From NCBI GenBank assembly GCA_963724265.1, contig CAVRTU010000004.1, positions 133,263-197,262 on the forward strand: a stretch of 64,000 nucleotides of DNA, written 5' to 3'. Under the pieces are notes generated by a model, which saw only the letters and a list, made by a program, of their open reading frames with translations, ran no database searches and was not told where the DNA came from. A program made the position numbers and the translations under genes. The stretch is from an uncultured Gemmatimonadales bacterium (GTDB taxonomy: Bacteria; Gemmatimonadota; Gemmatimonadetes; Gemmatimonadales; GWC2-71-9). Below are positions 37,140-48,270 of this stretch, in pieces (position 1 is the first letter of the stretch; every line of letters starts with the position of its first letter).

Positions 37140-38321
37140 CAGGCCTCCGCCTCGTCCTGTTCGACCGCGTCGATCAGTGCCACGCCGCGCCGGACGAAGG
37201 CCTCGCGGTCGATCTCGCCCGGAAGCAGCCGGCGCGACAGGTAGGCTTCGACGATCTGGGGCAGCGTCTGCCGGTGCCCGGGGGCGCCCACTCCCGTCTC
37301 CCGCTGATCCTCGGGGCGCGTCAGGTCGAGCTGGAAGTGGAGCGCCTCGGTCTTCCGGGCGCGGATGGCCGCGTGGTCCAGCTCGCGGCCAACGTGACGG
37401 GGGACGTTCCGGACAACCAGGCGCACGATCTGGCCCGCGATGCCGCCGGGCACGGCGTCGAGCCGCGCAGCGATCGGCGGCATCGAGCTCGACCGCCGTC
37501 TTGTCGCGTCCATTCGACCGGCTCCAGGTCGAGCACCCGGCGCGCGGCGGCGACGGGGCGGCGCTCGACCCGTCCCTCCGGCAAGGTCACCAGCAGCCAG
37601 CCCTTTCCCGACAGGCGGCGCTTCCGCTCCTCGACCAGTTCACCCCACGGATTGGTGCTGACGTATTCCAGCGCCCCGGAATACCAGACCCTCGGGGCGA
37701 CCTCGGTCTGCACGTGGTAGTGGCCCAGGGCCACGTAGCTCCAGCCGGCGCCGGCGAGTTCCGCCGGCGGGAGGAGGGCTCCGCCGTATTCCACCGAGGA
37801 GCGGTCCGCCGAGAAGAGACCTTCGACTTCGCCGTGCAGCATCAGCACCTGGTGGCGCTCGCTGCCGTCGGGGCCGAGGGCCACCCGCTCGGGTCCCACG
37901 AGCGCGGGGTGCGGGCACGGCCAGGACAGCGAGGTCGAGCGCCGGATAGGACAGCCGCCGGGCCTGGTCGGCGACGACGTCTACGCCCGAGCGACGAGAA
38001 CAGCGCCAGGATCGACCCCGTCTCGGTGGAGCGCGGCGTGTCGTGGTTGCCCGCGATCAGGATGACCGGGGCCTCGGGGAGGGCCTCGCGCAGGCGGGCC
38101 AGTTCCCGGAAGGCGAAGAGAATGGACGGGTTGCTGGGCCGGACCGAATGGAAGATGTCGCCGGCCAGGAGAACGGCATCCGGCCGCTCGGCAATGACGC
38201 CATCGACCGCGGCCCGGAAGGCGTTGGCCACGTCGGCTTCGCGCTGGTTCAGGCCGGTGGAGGTCTGCCGGTGGAACTGGCGAAATCCGAGGTGCAGATC
38301 GGCGAGGTGGGCGAGCTTCAC
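37139..38321 (-). pseudogene. sbcD: SbcD/Mre11-type nuclease, at least 3 frame breaks (about 37985, 37915 and 37505)
   Basis: VKLAHLADLHLGFRQF...LLAGDIFHSVRPS...LIAGNHDTP, then VDVVADQARRLSYPALDLAVL, MLHGEVEG...VALGHYH, and the C-terminal ORF 37139..37513. GTGA overlap with the mgtA stop and ATGA overlap with the sbcC start. Confidence 0.85.
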
Positions 38322-40853
38322 GCCATGAAAGGTAAGAGCCGCGCCTGCCGGCGGAAGAACCAGCGCTTGACCACCTCCACGCCGGCCAGGTAGGCCACCA
38401 CCATCGCCGCCAGCACGAGGAAGAAGCCCCACGGGAGCGGCACGAAGCCCAACCGCGTGCCGAGCACGGTGAAGGGCAGCAGGGCACCGATCAGGACCGC
38501 GCTGAGCGAGGTGACCGTGAGAAGGGTGCTGGGTCGGCTCCGGAACGGATTGCCCTGGGTCCGGATCACGAAGATGACCAGGACCTGGGTCGCCAGGGAC
38601 TCGACGAACCAGCCGGTGTGGAACAGGGCCTCGCCGGCATGGAAGACCCGGAGCATCAGGTAGAAGGTCAGGAAATCGAATATCGAGCTGACCGGGCCAA
38701 CCGAGAGCATGAAGGAACGGATGAAGCGGATGTCCCAGCGGCGGGGGCGGCGCAGCTCCGCCGCATCGACCCCGTCCATCGGGATGGCGACCTCCGAAAG
38801 GTCGTACAGGAAGTTGTTGAGCAGGACCTGGCCCGGCAGCATGGGCAGGAAGGGGAGAATCAGCGAGGCCCCGGCCATCGAGAACATGTTCCCGAAGTTG
38901 GAGCTGGTGGCCATCATTACGTACTTGAGGATGTTCCCCTGGGTGCGGCGGCCCTCGAGCACGCCCTGGCAGAGCACGCCGAGGTCGGCCTCCAGCAGGA
39001 TCAGGTCGGCGGCCTCCCGGGCGACGTCGACCGCCGATTCCACGGAAATGCCGACGTCGGCGGCGTGCAGCGACGGGGCGTCGTTGATGCCGTCGCCGAG
39101 ATAGCCGACGACCCGACCCCGTTTCTTCAGGGCCAGGATCACGCGGTTCTTCTGCAGCGGGGTGACCCGGCAGAAGATGGCGTGGACTCTGCCCGCGCCG
39201 CGAGGGCGTCGTCATCGAGACGGTCGAGTTCCGGACCGGTCAGCATCGACTCGACGGGCAGCCCGACTTCGCGGCAGACGTGCTGGGTCACCCATTCGTT
39301 GTCCCCGGTGACCACCTTGAGGGCGATGCCGTTCTCGGCCAGCCCCTTGAGCGCCTCGCGGGCGCTCGTCTTGGGCGGATCGGCGAAGCCGGCGAAGCCG
39401 GCGAAGATCAGGTCGCACTCATCGGCCGCGGTCGGCATGCGTAGTCCCCGCCGGCATTCGCTTCCAGGCCACCCCGAGGACCCGGAATCCTTCACGGCCC
39501 AGCTCCTCGAACCGGCCGAGCATGACGGTCCGGGCACCGGCGTCGAGCGGCCTCAGGTCGTCCGGTGAGTCGCCCTCGTACTCCCGCGAGAGCCGAAGCA
39601 CGTCCTCCAGCGCGCCCTTGACCACGAGGAGCGGCTCGCCGTCGGCTTCCGCCACCAGCACCGCCACCCGCCGCCGCTCGAAATCGAACGGGAGTCTCGT
39701 CCAGCTTGGTCCAGCCCTCGCCGGTGATCTGGCGTGCGGCAGGATCGCGTCATCCATCGGGCTCTTGAGCCCGGACTCGAAGTGACTGTTGAGCCAGGCA
39801 AGTTCGAGTACCCTGCTCGCTCTCCCGCCCCAACGGGTCGAGATGCCGCTCCAGCCGGATGCGGCCCTCGGTGAGCGTGCCCGTCTTGTCGGTGCAGAGC
39901 AGGTCCATCGCGCCGAGGTCGTGGATCGCGGCCAGCCGCTTCACGATGACCTTGCGCGCCGCCATCCGGAGCGCCCCGCGGGCCAGCGTCACGGAAACGA
40001 TCATCGGCAGCAGCTCCGGGGTCAGGCCGACCGCGAGCGCGATCGCGAAGAGGAAAGGACTCGAGGCCCGGCCGCTGCCTGAACAGGTTCACCAGAATGA
40101 CGAATCCGACCATCAGAATCGCCAGGCGGAGAATGAGCAGCCCGAAGGCACGAGCGCCCCGCTCGAACTCGGGCGTAGGCGGAGCCGACTCGAGCCGCTG
40201 GCCGATCTGCCCCAGCGTCGTCGAGCGCCCGGTCTGCAGCACCAGCAGCCGGGCCCAGCCGCTTACCACCGAGGAGCCTTGGAAGAGGGCGTCGTCCTCG
40301 GTGCCGGGACGCTTCTCCACCGGGAAGGGCTCGCCGGTGAGCATCGCCTGGTTGACGAAGCAGTCGTCGCCGTCGAGCAGGCGCCCGTCAGCGGGCACGA
40401 GGTCGCCGGCCGAGAGCAGCACCACGTCGCCGGGACGATGTCGCGGGCCGGGATCTTTCGCTCCGGCCTGCTCGCACGACGCGCGAGGTAATCGCCACCG
40501 ATTCGCGCAGCTGCTCCGCGGCCTTCCCGGCGCGGTACTCCTGCAGCGCGTCCAGGAGGACCGACATCGCAACATCACGGTGATCACGACGGCGCTGGTG
40601 GTGTCGCCGGTCGCTGCCGAGAGGGCGCTGGCGAGATGAGCAGGATGATCAGGGGATTGCGGAAGCGGCTGGCCAGCAGGCGGAGCAGCAGGAATCGCCG
40701 GTGCGACTCGAGCAGGTTGGGCCCGGCGGTCCGGAGCCGCTCGGCGGCTTCGGCATCACCCAGCCCGTCCGGGGAGCTGGAGAGCTGCCGCAGCAGGTCC
40801 GCGACCGGCACCGCACCAGTCGGTTGCGCCTGCTGGGTGGGTGGGCCGGTCAT
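38318..40853 (-). pseudogene. mgtA: Mg2+-importing P-type ATPase (MgtA/B type), at least 8 frame breaks
   Basis: Fragments in all three frames: LLASRFRNPLIILLI, GDVVLLSAGDLVPADGRLL...QAMLTGEPFPVEK, CTDKTGTLTEG, LVVKGALEDVL, KVVTGDNE, GDGINDAPSLHAADVGISV, and an intact 274-aa C-terminal membrane part. Confidence 0.85.
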
Positions 40854-40857
40854 CGGA

Positions 40858-42809
40858 TCACCCTAGGAACGGAAGGGATCCTCGATGGCCCGGACCGGAC
40901 GTACACCGGCTGGGGAGCGGGATCTCGGCCGTCACCCGGCGGCCGAGGGCGGAGCGGAAGAAGGCGAGCGGACGATCGGGGCGGGCCCGGAGCGTGGCGC
41001 CCAGCGCCTTGCGGACTTCATCCTCGCGGTGTCCCTCCACCAGGTCGGCCACCTGGTCGTGGGTGATCGACGCATCGAGGGCCTTGAGCCGCCGGGCCAC
41101 CGCCGCGGCGAATTCGAGATCGGGCTCGGGCGGGAATCGCTCGACCCCCTCGCGGCCCGACAGCACCGCCGGCCGGGGAAACCGCACGAAGATCGGCTGG
41201 GTGAAGTGCGGATGCCGGATCATCAGCTCGCCCTTGGGCAGCGACGCGAGCTTGGCCCGTGTGGCCGGGCGAGATGTTGGCAGTAGCCGGGAGTCGCGAG
41301 CTCGTCCATGTCCATCCGGCCGAAGAGCGCCGTGCCGGCGTTGCCGACCACGCGCCGCTGGACCTGGGAGCGGAACTGCTGGGCCGAGAAGAGCACGAGA
41401 CCCAGGTACCGCCCCCGCTCGGAGAGATCGAGCAGCATCCGGCGGACGTAGCTGTCCTGGCCGTCGGCCGGGGCGTACTTGTTGAGCTCGTCCACGAAGA
41501 CCACGACGTGGTCCACGCCGAGGTCGCGGCGCTCCAGGTGCTCGCGGAGCTTGGAGACCACGCGGGCGAAGACCAGGTCCTGGGCCAGCGGATCCATCCC
41601 GGCGACATCGATGACCTGGATCGCGCGGTCCTCGAACTCGCCCCAGGGCAGGTCGTTCACGTGGCCGGTGTCGGTCACCAGGCCGCGGGCCCTCGTGCTG
41701 ATGTTGCCGAGGCGGTTGCGGACCTTGCGGATGGTGGCCACGTGGTGGGTCTTCCAGACCTCGCTGCCCCGCGCCATCGCCTCCATGAAGTCGAAGATCG
41801 CGCGGAAGAACTCCTCGAGGTCGGCGAACGACTCGACCCGGAAGGGCGCGTCCCGCAGCGAGGGGTCGGCGTATTCGCGGCCGACCACCCGCTCGGCCAG
41901 GAAATCGATGAAGGCCCCCGCCTTGGCGTCCACGTCGTCCCGGTTGAGCAGCACTTCGGCGTAGTCGAGCACCTCGCGGAGGCCCCAGACCAGCGGCTCG
42001 GTGTTGCCGGCGAGCGTCGGGATGGGTCCGCAGGGTGTTGAGGTTGACGCCGTCGGCCTTGTGGGGCGCGAAGTAGCGCACCGACCGGAACGGCTCCGCC
42101 ACCAGCCCCAGGCGGGCGTAGAGCCGCTCATCCTCCTCGGTCAGCGCGCCGGGCTGGTCGAGGAAGCAGAGGTCGGGTCCCTTCACGTTGAAGCAGACGG
42201 CGCCGATCGAGCCCTTGGCCTGCGGGAAGGTCTGGAAGATGCTGGCGAGGAGGAACTCGATCGCGCTGGTCTTGGTGGCGAGCCCCGACACGCCGGTGAT
42301 GTTGAGGTGCGCCGCCTCGGGGCCGAGCAGGAAGTCGGCATCGAGGTAGACCGGCGCCTCGAGCCCGGCGGCGGAGTAGACGCCGACCGGGATCGGCGGT
42401 CGACCGTTCCGGCTGTCGAATAGGCGTCCATCCGAAGCGCGGTGACCACGTCGGCGTCGGACGCCATGTGGACCGCGCCGATCGGCACCGGCTGGAGCGG
42501 CTCCTCGGGCAGCTGGCGCAGCACCGCGGCGGTGTAGAGCCGGACCTCGGTGCGATCGGTGGGCGCGTCGCCGGCCCGGCCGGGATCGCCGTCGGCGCCA
42601 ACCACGTCGACCAGCGGCACTGGGCAGGTCGGAGTAGGCGAAGCCGTCGGTCACGATGCCCAGCACCGTGCGGCCCGGCCCCTCGACCCGCACGATGGCG
42701 CCGATGCCGACCGGCGACTCCAGCGCGGTCCAGAAGTGGAACTGGTGCGGGGTCGAGGGCTTGAGCTCGGTGGCGACGACCCGACCGACCGGGGGATTTC
42801 GTCAGTCAA
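40858..42809 (-). pseudogene. herA: HerA-like (DUF87/FtsK-HerA superfamily) ATPase, at least 5 frame breaks
   Basis: TTG 42809, MTDEIP then VGRVVATELKPSTPHQFHFWTAL after a break in a C5 run. Walker A region NITGVSGLATKTSAIEFLL. Walker B VVVFVDELNKYAP. LVLFSAQQFRSQV. C-terminus LPKGELMIRHPHFTQPIFVRFP. Confidence 0.8.
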
Positions 42810-42826
42810 CTTGGTTCTCGTTTCAA

Positions 42827-42903
42827 GGGAGCAGGGAGCGGGAGCAGGGAGCGGGTTGGCGCGGCGGGTTCACCGCTCCTGCTCCCTGCTCCCAGCTCCC
42901 CTT
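42827..42903. repeat. Heptamer-armed hairpin at the nurA/herA junction
   Basis: GGGAGCAGGGAGCGGGAGCAGGGAGCGGG - loop - CCGCTCCTGCTCCCTGCTCCCAGCTCCCC. The second arm encodes the last nurA codons. Confidence 0.8.
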
Positions 42904-43816
42904 AGTCCTACCTCCACCGCGCGTATCCCGTACAGCATCCGGTCCCACCGCGGGTCGGGAGCACTCACCGGCGCGCGCTCGGCCAGGAGCCAACGCGACA
43001 ACTGGCCGGCGAGGGCGATCGTGGCGTCGGTTGGTGCGGCCTCGATGCGGACCAGGCCGTGGAGCAGGTCTTTCCCCTCCCAGGGCCAGAGCCGGAGGGC
43101 CCAGCTGTAGACCGGCGCGACCATCCGCTGCTCGGCGGCGAAGACGGAGCTGCGGTGCGCCCAGGGGAGCCGGAGGTAGCGCACCAGGTCCTCTCCTTCG
43201 AAGGGGAGCGCGCTGTGGCTCTTGATGACCCCGACCATGCGGGCATCGCGCGGCCCAGAGCGGGCTCTGCGCCAGGGAGCCGTCGACAATGACCCAGCTG
43301 TCGGCCTGCGCCCGGTACAGGCCGCCCGCCTCGAGCTCGAGCCGGCCCCGCTCGTCGTCCACGACCCGGCGGGCCAGGAGCTGGTCGCGCACCGGGTGGG
43401 GCGGATCGTCCTCCGGAATGGCGACCGCTTCATGCCCCTCGGGCGAGGACGCCCAGCGCCGCGAGCGCCGCGCGGCGGCCGATCACCAGGCGCCTTCGCA
43501 GGCTCACGACCCGCGTCAGTCGGCGGGCCCGCCGCTCCCGGACTGCGGCGCCGATGTCGGCGGCGAAGATCGGGCTCGCCCCGTCGTAGGCGATGATCTC
43601 GTAGTGCTGGGTGCCATCGAGGAACGCCACAGGGTCGGGCCATGGCTCGGCGGCACCGACGGGGTGCCAGGCCAGCGCGGTCCCTTCGACCAGCCTCGAT
43701 TGGCGGGTGACGGCCTCGAGTGCCCGGCCCTCGCTCGCCTCCGGCGTGAAGCGGGCCGGCTCCAGCCCGGCGCGGGCCGCCGCCTGCCGCAGCCTGGCAA
43801 ACGAGCGCGGGGTCAC
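42870..43816 (-). pseudogene. nurA: NurA-like nuclease, 2 frame breaks (about 43435 and 43250)
   Basis: GTG 43816 overlaps the upstream stop (GTGA). VAFLDGTQHYEII, ...SWVIVDGSLAQSP (DGS motifs), then VGVIKSHSALPFEGEDLVRYLRL...VRIEAAPTD. Confidence 0.65.
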
Positions 43817-44347
43817 AGGTAGGCTTCGTCGTCGTCGAGGGCGGTGTCGAGTTGGGGGAGATCGAGCAGCCAGAGGCCGGCCAGCCGCTGGCGGTCGTCG
43901 ATGTCGGCCAGGAGGTGATCGGCCAGGCGCACCGTTTCGGCCAGCCGGGAATGGCCCAGCTCGAGGTGGAGCAGTGTCCCGGCGTCATTGGTGGAAGCGA
44001 GCAACGGGGTTTCCAGCTCGACCGCGGCCGCCGCGATCGCCGAGGGCTTGGCGGGCCAGAGTACCTCCGCGTCGCGCGAAGGTGGCGGGCGGCCTCAATC
44101 CGGGCACCGGATCGAGTGCCGGCCAGATCACGACGTCCAGTCCGGTCAGGCGGCCAGCCACCACGTCGAGGACCACGATGGCCCCCTCGTCGTCCGCCAG
44201 CTCCACCGTGATGCTGGCCCCGCGGCCCTTCGCGACGGGTTTGAAGCCGCCCGAGAGGATTTCGGTCTCCTCGTCGCGCCGCCAGCGGATCGCCGGGAGC
44301 GCCCCCTGCAGGGGCTCGAGCCTGACCTCCAGCCCGGCGGCGGCCAT
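43813..44347 (-). pseudogene. Hypothetical ~178-aa protein translationally coupled to nurA, one frame break near 44045
   Basis: MAAAGLEVRLEPLQGALPAIRWRRDEETEILSGGFKPVAKGRGASITVELADDEGAIVVLDVVAGRLTGLDVVIWPALDPVPGL... then ...LLASTNDAGTLLHLELGHSRLAETVRLADHLLADIDDRQRLAGLWLLDLPQLD. I recognise no family. Confidence 0.45.
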
Positions 44348-45560
44348 CACCCCACCCGCGCCCCCTGGAGCGAGGTGACGAACCGGAGGATGCGCTCCAG
44401 GGCGGCGTCCAGTTCCTTGTCCGAGACGGCGTAGCTCATCCGGACCCAGCGATCGTCTCCGAAGGCGGCGCCCGGCACCATCGCCACCCCTTCGCGCTTC
44501 ATCAGGTGCTCGCAGAAGGTGCTGCCGTTGGTGACCTCTCCGCTGGCGACGCCGTCCACCCGGAAGAAGAAGTAGAACGCGCCGTGCGGATCCACGAACT
44601 CGACGCCGGGCGCCTCGGCCCGGAACCGGCTGACCACCGTGTCGCGCCGCCGGCGGAAGGCGGCGGTCATCTTGTGGACTTCGAGCTCGACCTTCTCGTC
44701 GGCGTAGGCCGTGGCCGCGGCCCACTGGGCCGGGTGGCCGGCGCCGGTCGTGGTGTGCGACTGCAGCGCGGCCATCGCCTTGACCAGGTGGGTCGGGGCC
44801 AGCGCCGCGCCGATCCGCCAGCCGGTCATCGCATACGCCTTGCTCGCGCCGAAGATCAGCACCACCCGCTCCAGCAGCTCGTCGGGCAGGTCGAGGAAGG
44901 ACGGGGCCGGGCCGCTTCCATAATGGATGGGGCGGTAGATCTCGTCGGCGACGATCCAGACCGAGTGCTTCTTCGCCCACTCGGCGATCGCCCGGACCTC
45001 GGCCGCGCGTGTAGACCGCCCCGGTCGGATTGCAGGGCGAGCAGATGATCAGGCCCGCGGACCAGCTTGTCGGTGTGCCGCTCGAGGTCGGCCACGCCGA
45101 CCTTGAGCCCCCACTCCGGGTCGCCCGCCACCGCCACCGGCTCGGCCCGGCAGAGGTGCACGATCTGGGGGTAGGACACCCAGGCCGGCGAGGGGATCAG
45201 GACCTTGTCCCTGGGGCCGAAGAGCGAGAAGCAGGCGTTGAAGATCGACTGCTTCGAGCCGTTGCTCACCACGATGTTGTCGGCGTTGACCGGGCGCCCG
45301 CCGGAAAGCTTCGAGAGGCGCTGGGCCATGGCGGCGCGCAGCTCGGGAATCCCGATGTTGGCCGCGTACCGGGTCATCCCCTTCTGGATCGCCTGGATGC
45401 CCGCCTGCGCCACGATCGCCGGGGTGTCGAAATCGGGCTCGCCGACGCTCAGGTCGATGACGTCCTCGCCCAGCGCGCGGCGGCGCTTGGTCTCGTTGCT
45501 GATCGCCACCGTCTCCGATGGCCTGAGGTAGGCGAGGTTGGTCGAAAGGGGATCGGGCAT
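44347..45560 (-). pseudogene. Class-I pyridoxal-phosphate aminotransferase (aspartate/aromatic type), 2 frame breaks (about 45055 and 45003)
   Basis: MPDPLSTNLAYLRPSETVAISNE...IDLSVGEPDFDTP...VVSNGSKQS / GLIICSPCNPTGAVYTR / AEVRAIAEWAKKHSVWIVADEIY...IFGASKAYAMTGWRIG (PLP lysine). Confidence 0.85.
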
Positions 45561-45724
45561 CTCGGCGTGTCCGTGCGGTAGAGGTACTGAGGCGAGCGGG
45601 AAAACTCCGCCCCTCATCGTGCGAAGTCAACCGGCCCGCGAACGGCCGCGGACTTGGCCCCACCCTGCCGCGGGCTTAGCTTCCGTCCCCTGCAGGAAAC
45701 GGCTTTTTGACAACCGAGGGTGCG

Positions 45725-47224
45725 ATGGCGGGATTCGAGGAAGTGCACGTGACGGCCGCGCTGACGGCTGAACTGACACGGCTGGGCTGGCGGGCGGACG
45801 ACCAGCGCACCCGCGATCTGGTGGCAGGCGCCGCACGCGGCGTCAACCTCGTGGTGGAGACCCCTCCGGCCGCGGTTCACTCCCAGCCGCTGCTCGCGGG
45901 ACTGCTCTCGGCCGAGGCGGCTGCACCGCCGCGGCTCCTTGCCATCGTCCCTCCTTCCTCGCTCGAAGGCTGGGCCGAGGCGCTGGCACCACTGGCCGCG
46001 GCCGCCGGGCGCTCGCTCCACGTCGCCTCGGGGCCCGCCCGGGCCGGCCGCCTGCTCCGCGAAGCGCCCCCCGCGATCCTCCTGACCACTCCCGTCACCG
46101 CGCTTGCCCTGGCCCGCCGTTCATCACTCAAGGTGGGTGAGATCAGCCACCTCCTGCTGGCCTGGCCCGAACTTCTGGAGAATGAAGCCGAGCTCGATGC
46201 CCTGCTCGCGGATCTCGACAAGGACACGCCCCGGATCATTCTCACCACCCAGCCCGACCAGGTGATCCGCTGCGGCGAACGCTTTGCCCGCCGGGCGCTG
46301 ACGTTCCCGCTGCCAGCGGTGGCGCCGGTGTCGACCAATGTCCGGGTCGCGGTGACCAGCCATGCCGATCGACTGGCGGCGGCCGCCGCGGTGCTCGAGA
46401 CCTTTGATCCCGCCCAGGTCACCCTCTGGACGGCCATCGAGCCAGATCCGGTGATCCGACGCTTCGCGACGGTGTCTGGAGTGCCGCTCGCCGTGGGCGA
46501 GGCGAGCGCGACCGGACTGGTCATCGCCCTCGATCTGCCGGCACCGGGCCGTCTCCACCAGTGGGCCACCGCGGGCGAGGTCGTGCTCCTGGCGCCCGCG
46601 CTCGCCCTGCCGTGGCTGGCCCGGGTCGCACCCGGCTACCGGCCCCACCGTCTGCCGGGAGTGCTCGAATTGGCCGAGGGCGAAGCCGCGGCCCGGCGGG
46701 CGACGATCGCCGCGGAGCTGGCGGGCGGCGCGCCGGAGACGGCCCTGATCTCTCTGGCGCCGCTCTTCGAGCGATTCGAGCCCGCCGCGGTGGCGGCGGC
46801 CCTCTACCAGCTCTGGACGCGGCGCGGGGTGGCAGCGGCGGGGGCGCCCGCGGAGGCGCGCGGCTCGGCGCCAGCATCGGCGACCGCCCGGATCTGGGTC
46901 GGAGTGGGCAAGAAGGACGGAGCCTCGGTCAATGACCTGGTCGGGTGCCTCACCCGGGAGGCCAGGGTGGACCGGACCATGATCGGCCGAGTGGATGTGC
47001 GGGAGAACTTCTCGCTGGTGGAGGTGCCGACCGCTGAGGCCGAGCGGATCGCGGACCGGATCACCGGACTCTCCATCAGGCAGCGGCGAGTGCTGGCCAA
47101 GGTGGACCAGGGTACAGGCACGGGAGGGGGAGAGCGACCCGCCCGGACGCCGCGCGGCCCGGGCGGACCACGGGGCGCGGGCGGGCCGCGGGGCGCGGGC
47201 CCGAGGACTACTTCCGGCGGTTGA
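45725..47224 (+). CDS. DEAD-box-helicase-like protein with degenerate catalytic motifs and an intact DbpA-type C-terminal RNA-binding domain plus RGG tail
   Basis: Colinear with DEAD-box cores, but motif I reads VVETPPAAVHS, motif II LLLAWPELL and motif III LTT/TTQP. C-terminus ARIWVGVGKKDGASVNDLVGCLTREARVDRTMIGRVDVRENFSLVEVP, then GPGGPRGAGGPRGAG. Confidence 0.65.
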   Translation: MAGFEEVHVTAALTAELTRLGWRADDQRTRDLVAGAARGVNLVVETPPAAVHSQPLLAGLLSAEAAAPPRLLAIVPPSSLEGWAEALAPLAAAAGRSLHVASGPARAGRLLREAPPAILLTTPVTALALARRSSLKVGEISHLLLAWPELLENEAELDALLADLDKDTPRIILTTQPDQVIRCGERFARRALTFPLPAVAPVSTNVRVAVTSHADRLAAAAAVLETFDPAQVTLWTAIEPDPVIRRFATVSGVPLAVGEASATGLVIALDLPAPGRLHQWATAGEVVLLAPALALPWLARVAPGYRPHRLPGVLELAEGEAAARRATIAAELAGGAPETALISLAPLFERFEPAAVAAALYQLWTRRGVAAAGAPAEARGSAPASATARIWVGVGKKDGASVNDLVGCLTREARVDRTMIGRVDVRENFSLVEVPTAEAERIADRITGLSIRQRRVLAKVDQGTGTGGGERPARTPRGPGGPRGAGGPRGAGPRTTSGG

Positions 47225-47498
47225 CCAGGTTCTTCAGCGCCTTGCCGGGACGGAACGCGGGCGTGATCGACGCCTTGAGCTTGATGGCCCGGCCGGTGCG
47301 CGGGTCGCGCCCGGTGCGCTCCTTGCGCTTGCGGGTCTCGAAGACTCCGAAGCCGCTGATCTGGACGGTGCCGCCCTTGCGAAGCTCCCCGGCGATGAGC
47401 CCGTCCTCGCCGAAGAGGGCATCCACCATCCGGGTGGCGATCGCGCGGGAGAGCTTCTGGCGTTCGGCCAGTGCACGCACCAGTTGCTGCTTGGTCAC
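47208..47498 (-). CDS. HU/IHF-family nucleoid-associated DNA-binding protein
   Basis: MTKQQLVRALAE...GTVQISGFGVFETRKRKERTGRDPRTGRAIKLKASITPAFRPGKALK. Confidence 0.92.
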   Translation of the reverse strand: MTKQQLVRALAERQKLSRAIATRMVDALFGEDGLIAGELRKGGTVQISGFGVFETRKRKERTGRDPRTGRAIKLKASITPAFRPGKALKNLVNRRK

Positions 47499-47605
47499 GA
47501 GGTCGCTCCTGGCAATGCGGAGGGAGAGCGCGGCGCGAGCCGCAGGGGTCGGGGCGCGGAATATGGAGCGCGGGGCGAGGACACCGCAAGGCGGACGTTC
47601 TTCGC

Positions 47606-47634
47606 TTGACCCGCGCCCCGTCGGGCAGTAACGT
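47606..47634 (+). promoter_or_regulatory. Candidate sigma-70-type promoter for tdk
   Basis: TTGACC, a 17-nt spacer, then TAACGT, ending 30 nt before ATG 47664. Confidence 0.35.
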
Positions 47635-47663
47635 CACGCCGCACCATCAAACAAGGGCAACCG

Positions 47664-48269
47664 ATGTATCACGGGGCGCGACCCGGGTGGATCGAGGTAA
47701 TCTCCGGGGTGATGTTTGCCGGCAAGAGCGAGGAAATGATCCGCCGGGTGCGCCGTGCCGTGATCGCGCGGCGCCGCGTGCAGGTGTTCAAGTCCCACTT
47801 CGACGACCGGTACGGCGGCCTGCAGAGCGTCTCCACCCACGACGGCCTGGAGATCGAGGCGGCGCCCGTCAACAACGCCGCGGAGATCTTTCGCCTCGTG
47901 CGTCCCGATACCGAGATCGTCGCCATCGACGAGGCCCAGTTCCTCGACGGCGAGATCGGGATGGTCGCCTCGGCGCTGGCCTCGCGCGGAGTCCGCGTCA
48001 TCCTGGCGGGCACCGACACCGATTTCCGCGGCGAGCCGTTCGGGCCGATGGGACAGCTGCTGGCCATCGCCGAGAGTGTCACCAAGCTGCAGGCCATCTG
48101 CGTGGTCTGCGGCGACCTCGCCACCCGCAACCAGCGCCTGGTCGACGGCAAGCCCGCGCGGTACGACTCTCCCACCATCCTGGTCGGCGGGCGGGAGAGC
48201 TACGAGGCCCGCTGCCGGCACTGCCACCGGGTCCCCCGGAAGGATGAGGATCAGACCGCGCTGTTGTAA
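47664..48269 (+). CDS. tdk: Thymidine kinase
   Basis: [14 protein letters not shown] (P-loop), IDEAQFL, and zinc-ribbon cysteines CVVCG...CRHCH. Confidence 0.93.
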   Translation: MYHGARPGWIEVISGVMFAGKSEEMIRRVRRAVIARRRVQVFKSHFDDRYGGLQSVSTHDGLEIEAAPVNNAAEIFRLVRPDTEIVAIDEAQFLDGEIGMVASALASRGVRVILAGTDTDFRGEPFGPMGQLLAIAESVTKLQAICVVCGDLATRNQRLVDGKPARYDSPTILVGGRESYEARCRHCHRVPRKDEDQTALL

Positions 48270-48270
48270 T

